Origin: an uncultured Chloroflexia bacterium
GTDB taxonomy: Bacteria > Chloroflexota > Dehalococcoidia > DSTF01 > JALHUB01
Length of the DNA: 64,000 nt
Direction: 5' to 3'
Assembly (NCBI GenBank): GCA_963726245.1
Contig: CAVSBT010000015.1
Coordinates: forward strand, 64,001 to 128,000
Under the pieces are notes generated by a model. It saw only the letters and a list, made by a program, of their open reading frames with translations. It ran no database searches and had not been told where the DNA came from. The position numbers and the translations under genes are program-made. This document shows, one piece after another, positions 35,575 to 45,301 of this stretch; position 1 is the first letter of the stretch; the number at the start of each line of letters is the position of its first letter.

Positions 35575-36335
35575 GACAGAACCTCGGCGGGGACGCCCAG
35601 CAGAAGGAAGAACTCCTTGTTGCCGGCCGGCCCCAGCAGTGGAGAGGTGGTCAGGCCGAGCAGGCGCAGACGGCGCCCAACGCACCAGGCGATGAGCCGG
35701 CCCAAGACGGCCGCATGCACCTGAGGGTCGCGCACCACGCCGCCCTTCCGCACCTCCTCTCGCCGCGCCTGGAACTGGGGCTTCACCAGCGCCACAATGC
35801 GCGCGCTGCCTCTCAGGACACTCACGATGGGCGGGACCACCTTCTCCAGCGAGATGAAGGACACGTCAACAGTCGCCAGGTCTACCTCTTGAGGCAGACC
35901 CGCCTGCCGGACGGGCAGGGCTTCCAGGTAGCGAACGTTCATCCCCTCCATCACCACTACCCGCGGGTCATTGCGCAGACGCCAGTCCAACTGGCCGCGC
36001 CCAACGTCGACCGCATAGACCCGCGCCGCGCCTCGCTGCAGGAGGCAGTCGGTGAAGCCGCCCGTCGACGCCCCCACGTCTATGACCGTTAGGCCGCCCA
36101 CGTCGAGCGCGAAGACATCCAGCGCGTGAGCCAGCTTCTCGCCGCCGCGGCTCACGTACTGAGGGCCGGCCAGCACCCGGATGTCGGCATCGAGCGCAAC
36201 GAGGGTTCCGGGCTTCAGGGCCGGTCTCTCGTCCACCACGACGGAGCCAGCCATGATGATGGCGCGCGCCTTCTCGCGGCTTTCGGCCAGGCCGCGCTGG
36301 AGAAGGAGGACATCCAGGCGGCTCCTGTCCGCCAT
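35571..36335 (-). CDS. tlyA: TlyA family rRNA methyltransferase
   Basis: RLDVLL, YVSRGGEKL, DVGASTGGFTD, DVSFISL, LVKPQF, GNKEF. Confidence 0.95.
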   Translation of the reverse strand: MADRSRLDVLLLQRGLAESREKARAIIMAGSVVVDERPALKPGTLVALDADIRVLAGPQYVSRGGEKLAHALDVFALDVGGLTVIDVGASTGGFTDCLLQRGAARVYAVDVGRGQLDWRLRNDPRVVVMEGMNVRYLEALPVRQAGLPQEVDLATVDVSFISLEKVVPPIVSVLRGSARIVALVKPQFQARREEVRKGGVVRDPQVHAAVLGRLIAWCVGRRLRLLGLTTSPLLGPAGNKEFFLLLGVPAEVLS

Positions 36336-36424
36336 AGCTTCAGTATAGGAACGGCCCCTGCAAATGGCAAGGAAGCCGGGCTCGGTTGACGGGCCCAGGG
36401 GCGGCCCTTATCATCGGGGCAACG

Positions 36425-37438
36425 ATGGCGAACCAACGGCAGCGCTTCTCCGGCGCTCCCGCCCGCGTGGGCGCGTCCCCCGAGGCGGCGCCTCTCCGCT
36501 TGCCGGCCAGTCCAGGCGGGCCTTTGCTGGGAGCCGCCGGTTACCTGCGGTCCCTTGTCATCTCCATGCGACCCCGCCAGTGGACGAAGAACCTCATCGT
36601 CTACATGGCGCTCATCTTCTCCGTCGGCAGCGCCTGGCACGTCCGCCAGCCGGATACGTGGCTTCCGCTGCTGGGCAAGGCGAGTCTCGCCTTTGCCCTC
36701 TTCTGCCTCGTGTCGAGCGCCGACTACCTGGTGAACGACGTCCGCGACCGCGAGCAGGACCGCCTGCATCCCACCAAGAGTCGCCGGCCCGTGGCCGCGG
36801 GCGCCTTTCCGGCACGAGCGGCGCTGGCCTGCGCTCTTGTCCTTTCGCTGGTAGGACTGGGCGGCATGTTCGCCCTCGACCTGCGGGCCGGTGGGGTCGT
36901 GGCGGGCTACATCGCGCTTATGCTGGCCTACTCGTTCCACCTGAAGCACACGGTACTGCTCGACATCATGACTATTGCCGCGGGCTTCGTGCTGCGCGCC
37001 ATGGCCGGCGGCCTTGTCATCGAGGTGCCTATTTCGCCCTGGCTCTACGTGGTCACGGCCCTCGGCGCTCTCTTCCTGGCGATCAACAAGCGTCGCGCCG
37101 AGCTGGTTCTCTTGGAGGACCAGGCCAACCAGCACCGCGCCACTCTGGAGGAGTACACGCCCGACCTGCTGAACCAGCTCGCCGCCACGGTCACGGCCTC
37201 CACCCTCATCGCCTACGGCCTCTACACCTTCACCGCCGACAACCTGCCGAAGAATCACTCGATGATGCTGACCATCCCCTTTGTCCTCTACGGCATCTTC
37301 CGCTATCTCTTCTTGGTCCACGCCAAGAACCAGGGTGGCAGCCCGGAGGAGGTGCTGCTCAAAGACTGGCCCTTGCTCCTCGACATCCTGCTCTGGGTGG
37401 TGACTTCGCTGGTGATCCTCACCGTCTTCCGCGAGTAG
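36425..37438 (+). CDS. UbiA-family decaprenyl-phosphate phosphoribosyltransferase-like protein
   Basis: MRPRQWTKN, YLVNDVRDREQDRLHPTKSRRPVAAG, KRRAEL, YGIFRY. Confidence 0.88.
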   Translation: MANQRQRFSGAPARVGASPEAAPLRLPASPGGPLLGAAGYLRSLVISMRPRQWTKNLIVYMALIFSVGSAWHVRQPDTWLPLLGKASLAFALFCLVSSADYLVNDVRDREQDRLHPTKSRRPVAAGAFPARAALACALVLSLVGLGGMFALDLRAGGVVAGYIALMLAYSFHLKHTVLLDIMTIAAGFVLRAMAGGLVIEVPISPWLYVVTALGALFLAINKRRAELVLLEDQANQHRATLEEYTPDLLNQLAATVTASTLIAYGLYTFTADNLPKNHSMMLTIPFVLYGIFRYLFLVHAKNQGGSPEEVLLKDWPLLLDILLWVVTSLVILTVFRE

Positions 37439-37440
37439 CC

Positions 37441-37980
37441 AAGCAAAGTAGGGACGGAGGAAAAGAACGAGACGACGCTCAAGGGCACCAACGAGGCTGA
37501 CGAGACATGCGATGGCGGCAAGCCACGCGGCCACCGCGAGCGCCGCTGCGCCACGAAGAACAAGAGAGAGCGGATAACCGCAGCGAGGGCGAACAAGACA
37601 CCAGTGTGCGGCAAAAGGGAGCGCGGCGGCCGCGAGAGAGAGCGCGACAAGCCGAAGGTATCGCAGCGAGAGATCGAGTGCACGATGTTCCACAACAACG
37701 ACCGGCGAGCCTCCCGCCTCAACGCAGACGAGCGCGCGACTCAATGCACATAGGGAAGATGCTCCCGCACGACGTCAACCGCCACAACAGCGAATACGTG
37801 CGTGGCGAAATCCACACACAGGGCATCGAGCCTGGGCGACAGAAGCGCGGTCTGATCGGGACGACCACCGCGAGACGCGGGCTACCCGCGCAGACGCGCG
37901 GAGACGAGGCCGCCACAACACGCGGCACATAACCGATGTGGAGCGGGCTTCAGCTCCGTCCTTACGGCTTCGCTATTAGT
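37441..37980 (+). pseudogene. 5'-truncated, T-depleted IS1595 (ISXO2-like DDE) transposase remnant
   Basis: Motifs in family order across frames: LKGTNEADETCDGGKPRG (37478), NKTPVCGKRERGGR (37592), RLNADE (37715), EYVRGEIHTQGIE (37792), KRGLIG (37843), RHNTRHITDVER (37911). Only 34 T in 480 nt (hand count). Confidence 0.75.
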
Positions 37981-38013
37981 GCCGGTCTGTCTCAATCTGT
38001 GGCAGGCAAGGGG

Positions 38014-38033
38014 AAGGCCCCTTTCGGGGCCTT
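38014..38033. terminator. Hairpin downstream of clpX
   Basis: AAGGCCCC-TTTC-GGGGCCTT (GAAA loop on the minus strand); weak U tail. Confidence 0.55.
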
Positions 38034-38063
38034 GCTTATCGAAGCGGGTTGGCGGGCGCGTCG

Positions 38064-39365
38064 TTAGGCCGATTCGTCTCTGATCTCGTCATCGCCGCCG
38101 GTCTCCACCACCTGGCCGGAGCGCGTCAGCATAATGGGCCGCGCCCGCCCCAGGATGGTGTCGGCGCTGACCACGCACTTCTTGACGTCTCCCCGCGAGG
38201 GGATCTCGTACATCACGTCCAGAAGCGTGTCCTCGAGCACGGTGCGCAGGCCGCGGGCCCCCGTCCTGTGGCGGATGGCTTCCTCGGCGCAGGACTCCAG
38301 CGCCTCCGGTGTCATGACCAGCTCCACGTTGTCGAGGGCGAAGAAGCGCTGGAACTGCTTGATCAGCGCGTTCTTGGGCTCGGTGAGGATGCGGACCAGG
38401 TCGCCCTTCTGTAGCGACTCCAGGCTCACCACCAGCGGCAGCCGCCCGACGAACTCAGGGATGAGGCCATACTGGAGGAGGTCATCATGGGTGACGTACT
38501 TCAGCAGCTCGTCGGAGAGCTCCTGGCCCGTCTTGTTGGCGAAGTCGGCGCGGAACCCCATGGACTTCCGGCTCTTGCTCAGGCGCCGGTCGACCACCTT
38601 GTCCAGCCCCTCGAAGGCGCCGCCGCAAATGAAGAGGATGTTGCAGGTGTTGATCTGAATGAAGTCCTGGTGGGGATGCTTGCGGCCCCCCTGAGGCGGC
38701 ACGTTAGCCACCGTGCCCTCGATGATCTTGAGGAGAGCCTGCTGGACGCCCTCGCCGGATACGTCTCGGGTGATGGAAGGGTTGTCGCTCTTGCGGGAGA
38801 TCTTGTCGATCTCGTCGATGTAGACGATGCCACGCTCTGAGCGCGAGATGTCGAAATCGGCAGCCTGAATGAGGTGAAGGAGGATATTCTCCACGTCCTC
38901 GCCGACATAGCCGGCCTCGGTAAGGGCCGTGGCATCGGCGATCGTGAAGGGAACGTCCAGGATGCGGGCCAGGGTACGGGCCAGTAGGGTCTTGCCGCAG
39001 CCGGTGGGCCCCAGGAGGAGGATGTTGCTCTTCTCCAGCTCGACTTCCCCACACCCGCTGCCGGCAGAGATGCGCTTGTAATGGTTGTAAACGGCGACGG
39101 AGAGGACTTTCTTCGCCTGCTCCTGGCCGATGACGTACTCGCCTAGCTGCTGGTAGATGGTTTTGGGGGGAGGTGTGCGCTCCGCGCCGGCCTTCGGCTT
39201 GCCGACGCCCGCCGCCTCCTCGTCGATGATCTCGCGGCAGAGCTCGACGCACTCATCACATATGTAGACGGCGCCGGGACCGGCAATGAGCCGCTTTACC
39301 TGGTCCTGGTTCTTGCCGCAAAAGGAGCAGTGGTAGAGGACGCGGCTACTGCGGCTGTTGGCCAT
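38064..39365 (-). CDS. clpX: ATP-dependent Clp protease ATP-binding subunit
   Basis: CSFCGK zinc domain, [31 protein letters not shown]. Confidence 0.98.
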   Translation of the reverse strand: MANSRSSRVLYHCSFCGKNQDQVKRLIAGPGAVYICDECVELCREIIDEEAAGVGKPKAGAERTPPPKTIYQQLGEYVIGQEQAKKVLSVAVYNHYKRISAGSGCGEVELEKSNILLLGPTGCGKTLLARTLARILDVPFTIADATALTEAGYVGEDVENILLHLIQAADFDISRSERGIVYIDEIDKISRKSDNPSITRDVSGEGVQQALLKIIEGTVANVPPQGGRKHPHQDFIQINTCNILFICGGAFEGLDKVVDRRLSKSRKSMGFRADFANKTGQELSDELLKYVTHDDLLQYGLIPEFVGRLPLVVSLESLQKGDLVRILTEPKNALIKQFQRFFALDNVELVMTPEALESCAEEAIRHRTGARGLRTVLEDTLLDVMYEIPSRGDVKKCVVSADTILGRARPIMLTRSGQVVETGGDDEIRDESA

Positions 39366-39407
39366 CTCTAGCTACCCTCTCGGCCATCCTTCCCAGCCCG
39401 ACGGTGC

Positions 39408-40010
39408 CTATTGTGTGGGCGTGGATAGGATCTCGTCAACGATGCCGTACTCCTTGGCCTGCTGGGCATCCATGTAAAAGTCGCGGTCGGTGTCGCGGGC
39501 TATGCGTTCAGTCGACTGACCGGTGTGCTTGGCCAGGATGTCTCGGATGATCTGCTGCTCGCGCAGGATCTCCTTGGCAGCAATGGCGATGTCGGACGCC
39601 TGGCCGGTGGCGCCGCCCCTCGCCTGGTGCATGTGGACCGTGGCGTTGGGCATGGCGAAGCGCTTGCTCGGCGTGCCCGAGCACAATATCACAGTGGCGA
39701 AGCTGGCCGTCATGCCCACGCAATACGTGGCTATGTCGGGCCGCACCAACTGCATGGTATCGTAGATGGCCAGCCCGGCAGGGACGATGCCCCCCGGCGA
39801 ATGTATGTACATGTTGATGTCTTTTTCGGGGTCTTCCCGCTCCAGGTAGAGGAGCTGGGCGATGATCAAGTTCGCAATCTGGTCGTCGATGGGCGTGCCC
39901 AGGAAGATGATGCGTTCCCGCAACAGCAGAGAGTAGATGTCGAAGGCGCGCTCGCCCCGGGCGCCCGTCTCGATGACCATCGGGATGATGTTCTCGGTCC
40001 TCAAGTCCAT
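39408..40010 (-). CDS. clpP: Clp protease proteolytic subunit
   Basis: [31 protein letters not shown]. Confidence 0.97.
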   Translation of the reverse strand: MDLRTENIIPMVIETGARGERAFDIYSLLLRERIIFLGTPIDDQIANLIIAQLLYLEREDPEKDINMYIHSPGGIVPAGLAIYDTMQLVRPDIATYCVGMTASFATVILCSGTPSKRFAMPNATVHMHQARGGATGQASDIAIAAKEILREQQIIRDILAKHTGQSTERIARDTDRDFYMDAQQAKEYGIVDEILSTPTQ

Positions 40011-40104
40011 GAGTTTACACCTCTGGGCTCCGCTCCCATAATACTAACGCTGACGACACCAGGACGTATCATGTCACGCCCGCTTCCCACGGCAGGAGGC
40101 CGTC

Positions 40105-41463
40105 TCAGGAAGGCTCACCCTCCTCTTCTGATTCTGAAGGGGCCGGGCTCTCTTCCCCCTCGCCGTCCGCAGCGCTCTCGCCCGAGGCGATGCTCTCCAG
40201 ACGGTCCAGCGTCGTGCGGGTCAGCAGCCGGCGCTTCAGGGCGTTGCGACCATCGGCTTCGGCAAAGAAACGGCGCACCCCTTCGCTCTGGGGGCCCGCC
40301 GACGAGACCAGCCTCTCGACCTCCTGGTCGATCTCAGCATCGCTCACATCTATATTCTCGGCTTCCGCCACCTGAGTCAATATAAGGGAGCGCCGCACTC
40401 TCTCCAAGGCCAGAGGCCTTAGCTCCTGTCGCAGTTCTTCCTCGGACTTGCCCTGCGACTTCAGGTAGCGATCCACGTCAGCCGCATTGCCGGCCCGACC
40501 GCCCGCGGCCATCTGCTCGTCGCGCAGGAGCCGCTCCACCTCCCGATCGACGAGAACCGGCGGGAACTCGAGTGTGGCCCTCTCCTCCAGGGCGGACAGA
40601 ACCTGATCGTGATAGGTGTGGCGGGCCTCCTCCTCCTCGAACTGGCGGATGTCCGCCTCTACGCGCTCGCGGAGGGCCGCCAGGGATGTGAATCCTTCAC
40701 CTACCTGGCGGGCGAAGCTGTCGTCCAGAGCGGGAAGCTTCTCCTCTTTGATCTCGTGGATGATGACGCGGTAGCGCACCGTCTTGCCGGCCACCCTCTG
40801 GTCGGCGAAATCAGCCGGCACGGGAACCTCCACCTCAGTCTCTGCTCCCTTGGCAAGCCCGAGGAGCCGCTCTGCGAAGCCAGGCAGGGAGACCGTCTGC
40901 CCCTCACGGAGCTGGAATTCCGCGTCCTTCTGGTCGACGATGCTGATATCATCGGCAGCGCCCGCGATGTCGGCGCGTAGCACGTCGCCCCACTTCACGG
41001 GCCGGTCGACGGGCTCCCACGTGGCGTAGCGATGACGCAGGTCCTCGAGCGTCTGCTCCACCCGCTCCTCCGGGACTTCCACGGGCTCGCGGGGAACGCG
41101 CACCTGGCGGTAGTCGTCGAGCTCGACGGTGGGGCGCACGGGAACGGTGGCCTTCACCACCAGGGGCTCCGTGGTCACCACCTCCAGCTCCGGCAGATCG
41201 ATGGGCTCCACGTCTTCCTGGCGCGCCGCCTCCTGATAGACCTCGGGCACGAGGCGGTCCAGGGCCTGGCGCATGAGGGCGTCGCGGCCGAGGTAGCGCT
41301 CGAGCATGGTGCGAGGCGCCTTGCCGGGGCGGAAGCCCGGCACGCGCGTCCTGTTCACCAGTTGGCGATAGGCGCGATCGAGTGCCTTCTCCACCCTCTC
41401 GGGCTCGACCTCAATCTCCAGGACGACTTGGCTGTCGGGGATCTTCTGGGCGGAAACCTTCAC
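40105..41463 (-). CDS. tig: Trigger factor
   Basis: VPGFRPGKAP ribosome-binding motif; tig-clpP-clpX order; TATAAT at 41490-41485. Confidence 0.95.
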   Translation of the reverse strand: MKVSAQKIPDSQVVLEIEVEPERVEKALDRAYRQLVNRTRVPGFRPGKAPRTMLERYLGRDALMRQALDRLVPEVYQEAARQEDVEPIDLPELEVVTTEPLVVKATVPVRPTVELDDYRQVRVPREPVEVPEERVEQTLEDLRHRYATWEPVDRPVKWGDVLRADIAGAADDISIVDQKDAEFQLREGQTVSLPGFAERLLGLAKGAETEVEVPVPADFADQRVAGKTVRYRVIIHEIKEEKLPALDDSFARQVGEGFTSLAALRERVEADIRQFEEEEARHTYHDQVLSALEERATLEFPPVLVDREVERLLRDEQMAAGGRAGNAADVDRYLKSQGKSEEELRQELRPLALERVRRSLILTQVAEAENIDVSDAEIDQEVERLVSSAGPQSEGVRRFFAEADGRNALKRRLLTRTTLDRLESIASGESAADGEGEESPAPSESEEEGEPS

Positions 41464-41531
41464 TCCGAGCGCCTCTAAGTCTGAATTATACACGAGCCCT
41501 GGATTCGGCGATAGGCGCTGGCGGAGGCCGC

Positions 41532-42499
41532 CTATCGCGCCCGAGGCGTCAGGACGTCGGTGAGGGCATCGCCCAGGAGGTTGAAGGCGAAGATGAGCGC
41601 GGCTACCACGCCCCCAGGGACCAGCAGCAGTTGCGGGTGAGCCTGGAGGGTGCGGATGGACCCTCCCTCGAACAGCATGGCGCCGAAGCTGGGCGTGGGG
41701 GGATGGATGCCGACCCCGAACCAGGTGAGGGCGATCTCGGTGCCGGCGATGGCCCCCAGGCCGGCGGAGAGGCTGACGATGATGATGTTGCTCACGTTGG
41801 GCAGAAGGTGCCGGAAGATGATCCTCCAGGTGGAGGCGCCCATGGCCCGCGCTGCCTCCACGTACTCTGTCTCGCGCAGGGCCAGGATCTGAGAGCGGAT
41901 GACGCGCGCGCCGCCCACCCAGGCGAAAAGGGAGAGGGCGCCAAAGATGAGGATGTAGTCCGCTAGGCCGTCCACCCGCAGCCAGTCCTGCAGGTCCTTG
42001 ATCCACGCCTGATCCGCCACGCGCGGCTTGAGGGCTGGCGTTGATCAGGATGAGCATGGGCAGGCCGGGGAGGGCGAAGAACACGTCGCCCACGCGCATG
42101 ATCGACCGTGTCCACCTTGCCGCCCATGTAGCCCGCCAGGAGCCCCAGCGAGACCGAGAGCACGAGCCCTCCGGTCACCAGCGTGGCGATGGTCACGATC
42201 ACAGTGGTGCGCGAGGCCCAGATGACGCGGCTCAGCACGTCGCGCCCCAGGCTGTCGGTGCCCAGGGGATGAGCCAGGCTGGGGCCCTGGAAAACGCTGT
42301 CCAGGTTCTGATCGGTGTAGCTGTGCGGGGCCACCAGCGGGGCGAAGAGCCCGCAGAAGTAGAAGACGGCGATGAAGATCAGCGCCAGGACGGCGATCTT
42401 CTTGCGCAGCAGACGGCGGAACGCCAGCCCCAGAGGGCTGTGCCTGGCGCCGAGCGCCCGCTCGTCCGGCGTGTCGATGGCCGCCTGCGCTTCCGTCAT
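41532..42499 (-). CDS. Oligopeptide ABC permease OppC/DppC (frameshifted)
   Basis: HPLGTDSLGRDVLSR, EYVEAARAMGAS, FNLLGDAL. Confidence 0.9.
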
Positions 42500-42500
42500 G

Positions 42501-43457
42501 TCAGGACGCCGCGCCCCCTTGGAGGCGCACCCGCGGGTCGATGAAGGTGTAGGCGATGTCGATGACGATGTTGCCCAGGATGAAGGCCGTCGCCAGCACC
42601 AGGGTCAATGCCAGGATCACGTCGTAGTCGCGGCTGGTCACGGAGGCGAACGCCTCCGCCCCGATGCCCGGTATGCCCAGGAGCAACCTCCGCGAAGAAG
42701 GCCCCCTCCAGGAGCGTGACCAGGGAGAGGCCGATGACGGTGGTCATGGGCAGCAGGGCATTGCGGGCCACGTGCCGGCTGATCGACCGTGAACTCCGGC
42801 AGGCCCTTGGCCCGCGCCGTGCGCACGTAGTCCTCCTTCAGGACGTCGAGGGTAGTGGCCCGCATCAGGCGCGCCACGCCGGCGATGCCCGGGCAAGGAG
42901 AGGGCCAGCACCGGCATGACAATATGTTTGTCGAAGCCGCCTCCCCAGCCGGTGGCGGGAAACCAGTGCAGCTTGAGGGTGAACACGAGCAGCATGACCG
43001 GCACGGTAATCAGCACCGGCACGGACCGGAAGAAGAGAAGGGTGCCGATTGCGGCCGGGTCCATCCAGCGTGCCTTGCCGAGGGCAGCCAGGATCCCAAT
43101 CGGTATCCCCAGGCCGAAGATGATGATCAGGGCCACGAGTCCCAACCGGGCGGAGACCCACATCTTGGGGAAGATGATCTCGGAGACGGGGCGACCACCG
43201 AAGCGATAGCTCTCGCCCAGGTCCCCGTGCAGGACGTTCCAGACGTAGATCCGGTACTGGTCGAGGAGGGGCTTGTCCAGCCCCTTCTCGTGGCGGACGC
43301 GGGCCAGCACGTCAGGATCGCGATACTGGCCCATGGCCACGCTGATCGGGTCGCCGGGACCGAAGCGGGCAATCGTGAAGGCGATAAAGGAGACCGCGAG
43401 AAGGATGAGCGGCACCCAGAGGAGGCGCCGCAGGACGTAGGGCAGTATTCCTTGCAT
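42501..43457 (-). CDS. Oligopeptide ABC permease OppB/DppB (frameshifted)
   Basis: PGDP, GDLGES, DYVRTARAKGL, RNALLP, IDPRVR. Confidence 0.9.
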
Positions 43458-43489
43458 GAACGCCCCGCCGCCCGAAGGCTGGCCCCTGG

Positions 43490-45184
43490 CTAATTCTCGA
43501 GTGTGACGTAGCGCAGGTTCGGGATCATCATGGGCGAAAACTCAAAGCCTTTGACGTAGGGCTTCACCACGGCATGGTCCCTACCGTTGTAGAGCGGCAC
43601 CCAAACGGCGTCGTCGATGACGATCTTCTCTGCCTGCTGGTAGAGGGACAGCCGCCGGTTCACATCCTGTTCGGTCCGCGCCTGCTGCAGCAGGGCATCC
43701 AGCGCCGGGTTGCTGTAACGGCCCTGGTTCAGCCGGCTCTGGCTGTAGAAGTGAACGTCAAGGACGTCCTCGGGGTCAGGGTAGTCCATGATCCAGCCCG
43801 TCTCCCACATTTGAAGGCGGCCCGCGTCAACGTCCTCGAAGAAAGTGGCCGCCTCGGTCTGCTCGATCTGGACGTCAACCCCCAGGTTCTGCTTCCACAT
43901 CTCCACCATCGCCTGGGTGTCATCGCCAACGTTGGCGCCGCCCCCCACGAGGGTGATGGTCACGGTGGGCAGACTGCTGGCGCCGCCGTACTTTGACTCG
44001 CTCAGAAGTTGCTTGGCGAGGTCCGGGTCGAACGAGAGGCCTTTGCTATCAGGGTTATAGCCGGGCAGGCCGGGCATCATAATACCCTGGGCGACGGGCA
44101 GCGTATCCTTCAGGACCACGTGAGCGATCTTGTCGCGGTCTATGGCATGGGCGAAGGCCTGGCGCACCTTGGGGTCATCGAACGGCGCCACGTTGGTGTT
44201 GAAGCCAATATAGGAGATGGACATGTTGTCACTACTCATGTACTCCGGGTTCAGGTTCGAGGTGGGATCCTGCACGCGGTCGATGTCGGCGATTCCTACG
44301 CCGGCGACGTCTATCTCATTGTTCTCATACATAGTGAGCACATTGCCCCCGGCCAGCAGGAAGGTCACTGTCTTCACCGAAGGCTTTCCCAAGTGGTAGC
44401 GGTCATTGGCCTCCAGGGTGATCTTTTCGCCCAGGCTCCACTCCTGCATCTTGTAGGGGCCGGTGCCGTTGGGCTTGCGCGACCAGTTGCGGGCGTTGGA
44501 CTCGATCTGCTGCCGGTCGACAACGAAGGCCGTGGGGTAGGTGAGCTTGGCCAGGAAGTAGGGCTTGGGGGCGTCGATGGTCAGCTTCAGGGTGGTGTCA
44601 TCTACCGCCTGGATGCCCTTGACCTCGGTGGCCCGACCACGGACCATGTCCCTTGCTCCAACGATGTCTCCCAGGTAGGACTCGGCTACCGTCGAAGCGG
44701 TGTGCGGGTCGAGGGCGCGCTCCATCGAGTACTTGAAGTCGGCCGCTGTGACCACGCGGTCGGTGTTGTGGAAGACGACGTCGTTGCGCAGGTGGAAGGT
44801 ATATGTGACCGTGCCGTCCGGGTTGTTCACGATGCCGCCGTTCTCTCGAGTCGGCAGCTCCGTCGCGATGTCGGGGATGATGTTGAGCTTCGGGTCAATG
44901 GTGACCAGGCCGCCGAAGATCTCGACGACGTATCTGGCCGAGACGGAATCGCTGACCAGGGCAGGGTCAAGAGTGATGGGGTCGCTGCCGGGCAGCCGGA
45001 GCTCGCCGGAGACTCCGCCGGATTGCTGGCCCCCGCCCTGCGCCGTGGCCGCCGGCGTGGATTTGGTCTGCTGGTTCCCATCTCCCCCACCGCCTCCACG
45101 AACGATGACAATCGCTGAGATGGCACCGATGGCCAGGACCAGCACCACCACCACCGCAAGAACGGAGCCGATCAGCCGGTTCAT
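43490..45184 (-). CDS. Peptide ABC transporter substrate-binding protein (family 5)
   Basis: TLDPA, YTFHLR, NGTGPYK, PFDDPKVRQA, WIMDYPDP. Confidence 0.94.
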   Translation of the reverse strand: MNRLIGSVLAVVVVLVLAIGAISAIVIVRGGGGGDGNQQTKSTPAATAQGGGQQSGGVSGELRLPGSDPITLDPALVSDSVSARYVVEIFGGLVTIDPKLNIIPDIATELPTRENGGIVNNPDGTVTYTFHLRNDVVFHNTDRVVTAADFKYSMERALDPHTASTVAESYLGDIVGARDMVRGRATEVKGIQAVDDTTLKLTIDAPKPYFLAKLTYPTAFVVDRQQIESNARNWSRKPNGTGPYKMQEWSLGEKITLEANDRYHLGKPSVKTVTFLLAGGNVLTMYENNEIDVAGVGIADIDRVQDPTSNLNPEYMSSDNMSISYIGFNTNVAPFDDPKVRQAFAHAIDRDKIAHVVLKDTLPVAQGIMMPGLPGYNPDSKGLSFDPDLAKQLLSESKYGGASSLPTVTITLVGGGANVGDDTQAMVEMWKQNLGVDVQIEQTEAATFFEDVDAGRLQMWETGWIMDYPDPEDVLDVHFYSQSRLNQGRYSNPALDALLQQARTEQDVNRRLSLYQQAEKIVIDDAVWVPLYNGRDHAVVKPYVKGFEFSPMMIPNLRYVTLEN

Positions 45185-45301
45185 GCTCCTGCCGCCTCCT
45201 CCCCTTCTATGAACTGAATCTCTCGTTGCTCATCGTTATCCTCGACCTCGGGGCTGATAAGGATAATAGCAGAGGGGCAGGCGAGCCTCAACGAGCCGGC
45301 C

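Noticed and set aside
36215-37744. 509-aa minus-strand ORF with a hydrophobic-looking N-terminus
   Set aside because: Antisense shadow of ubiA plus the A-depleted strand of the transposase remnant; loss of A removes stop codons and mimics hydrophobic codons.
37507-37932. 141-aa Arg-rich novel ORF
   Set aside because: Only its last part is in the transposase frame; the rest is off-frame remnant sequence.
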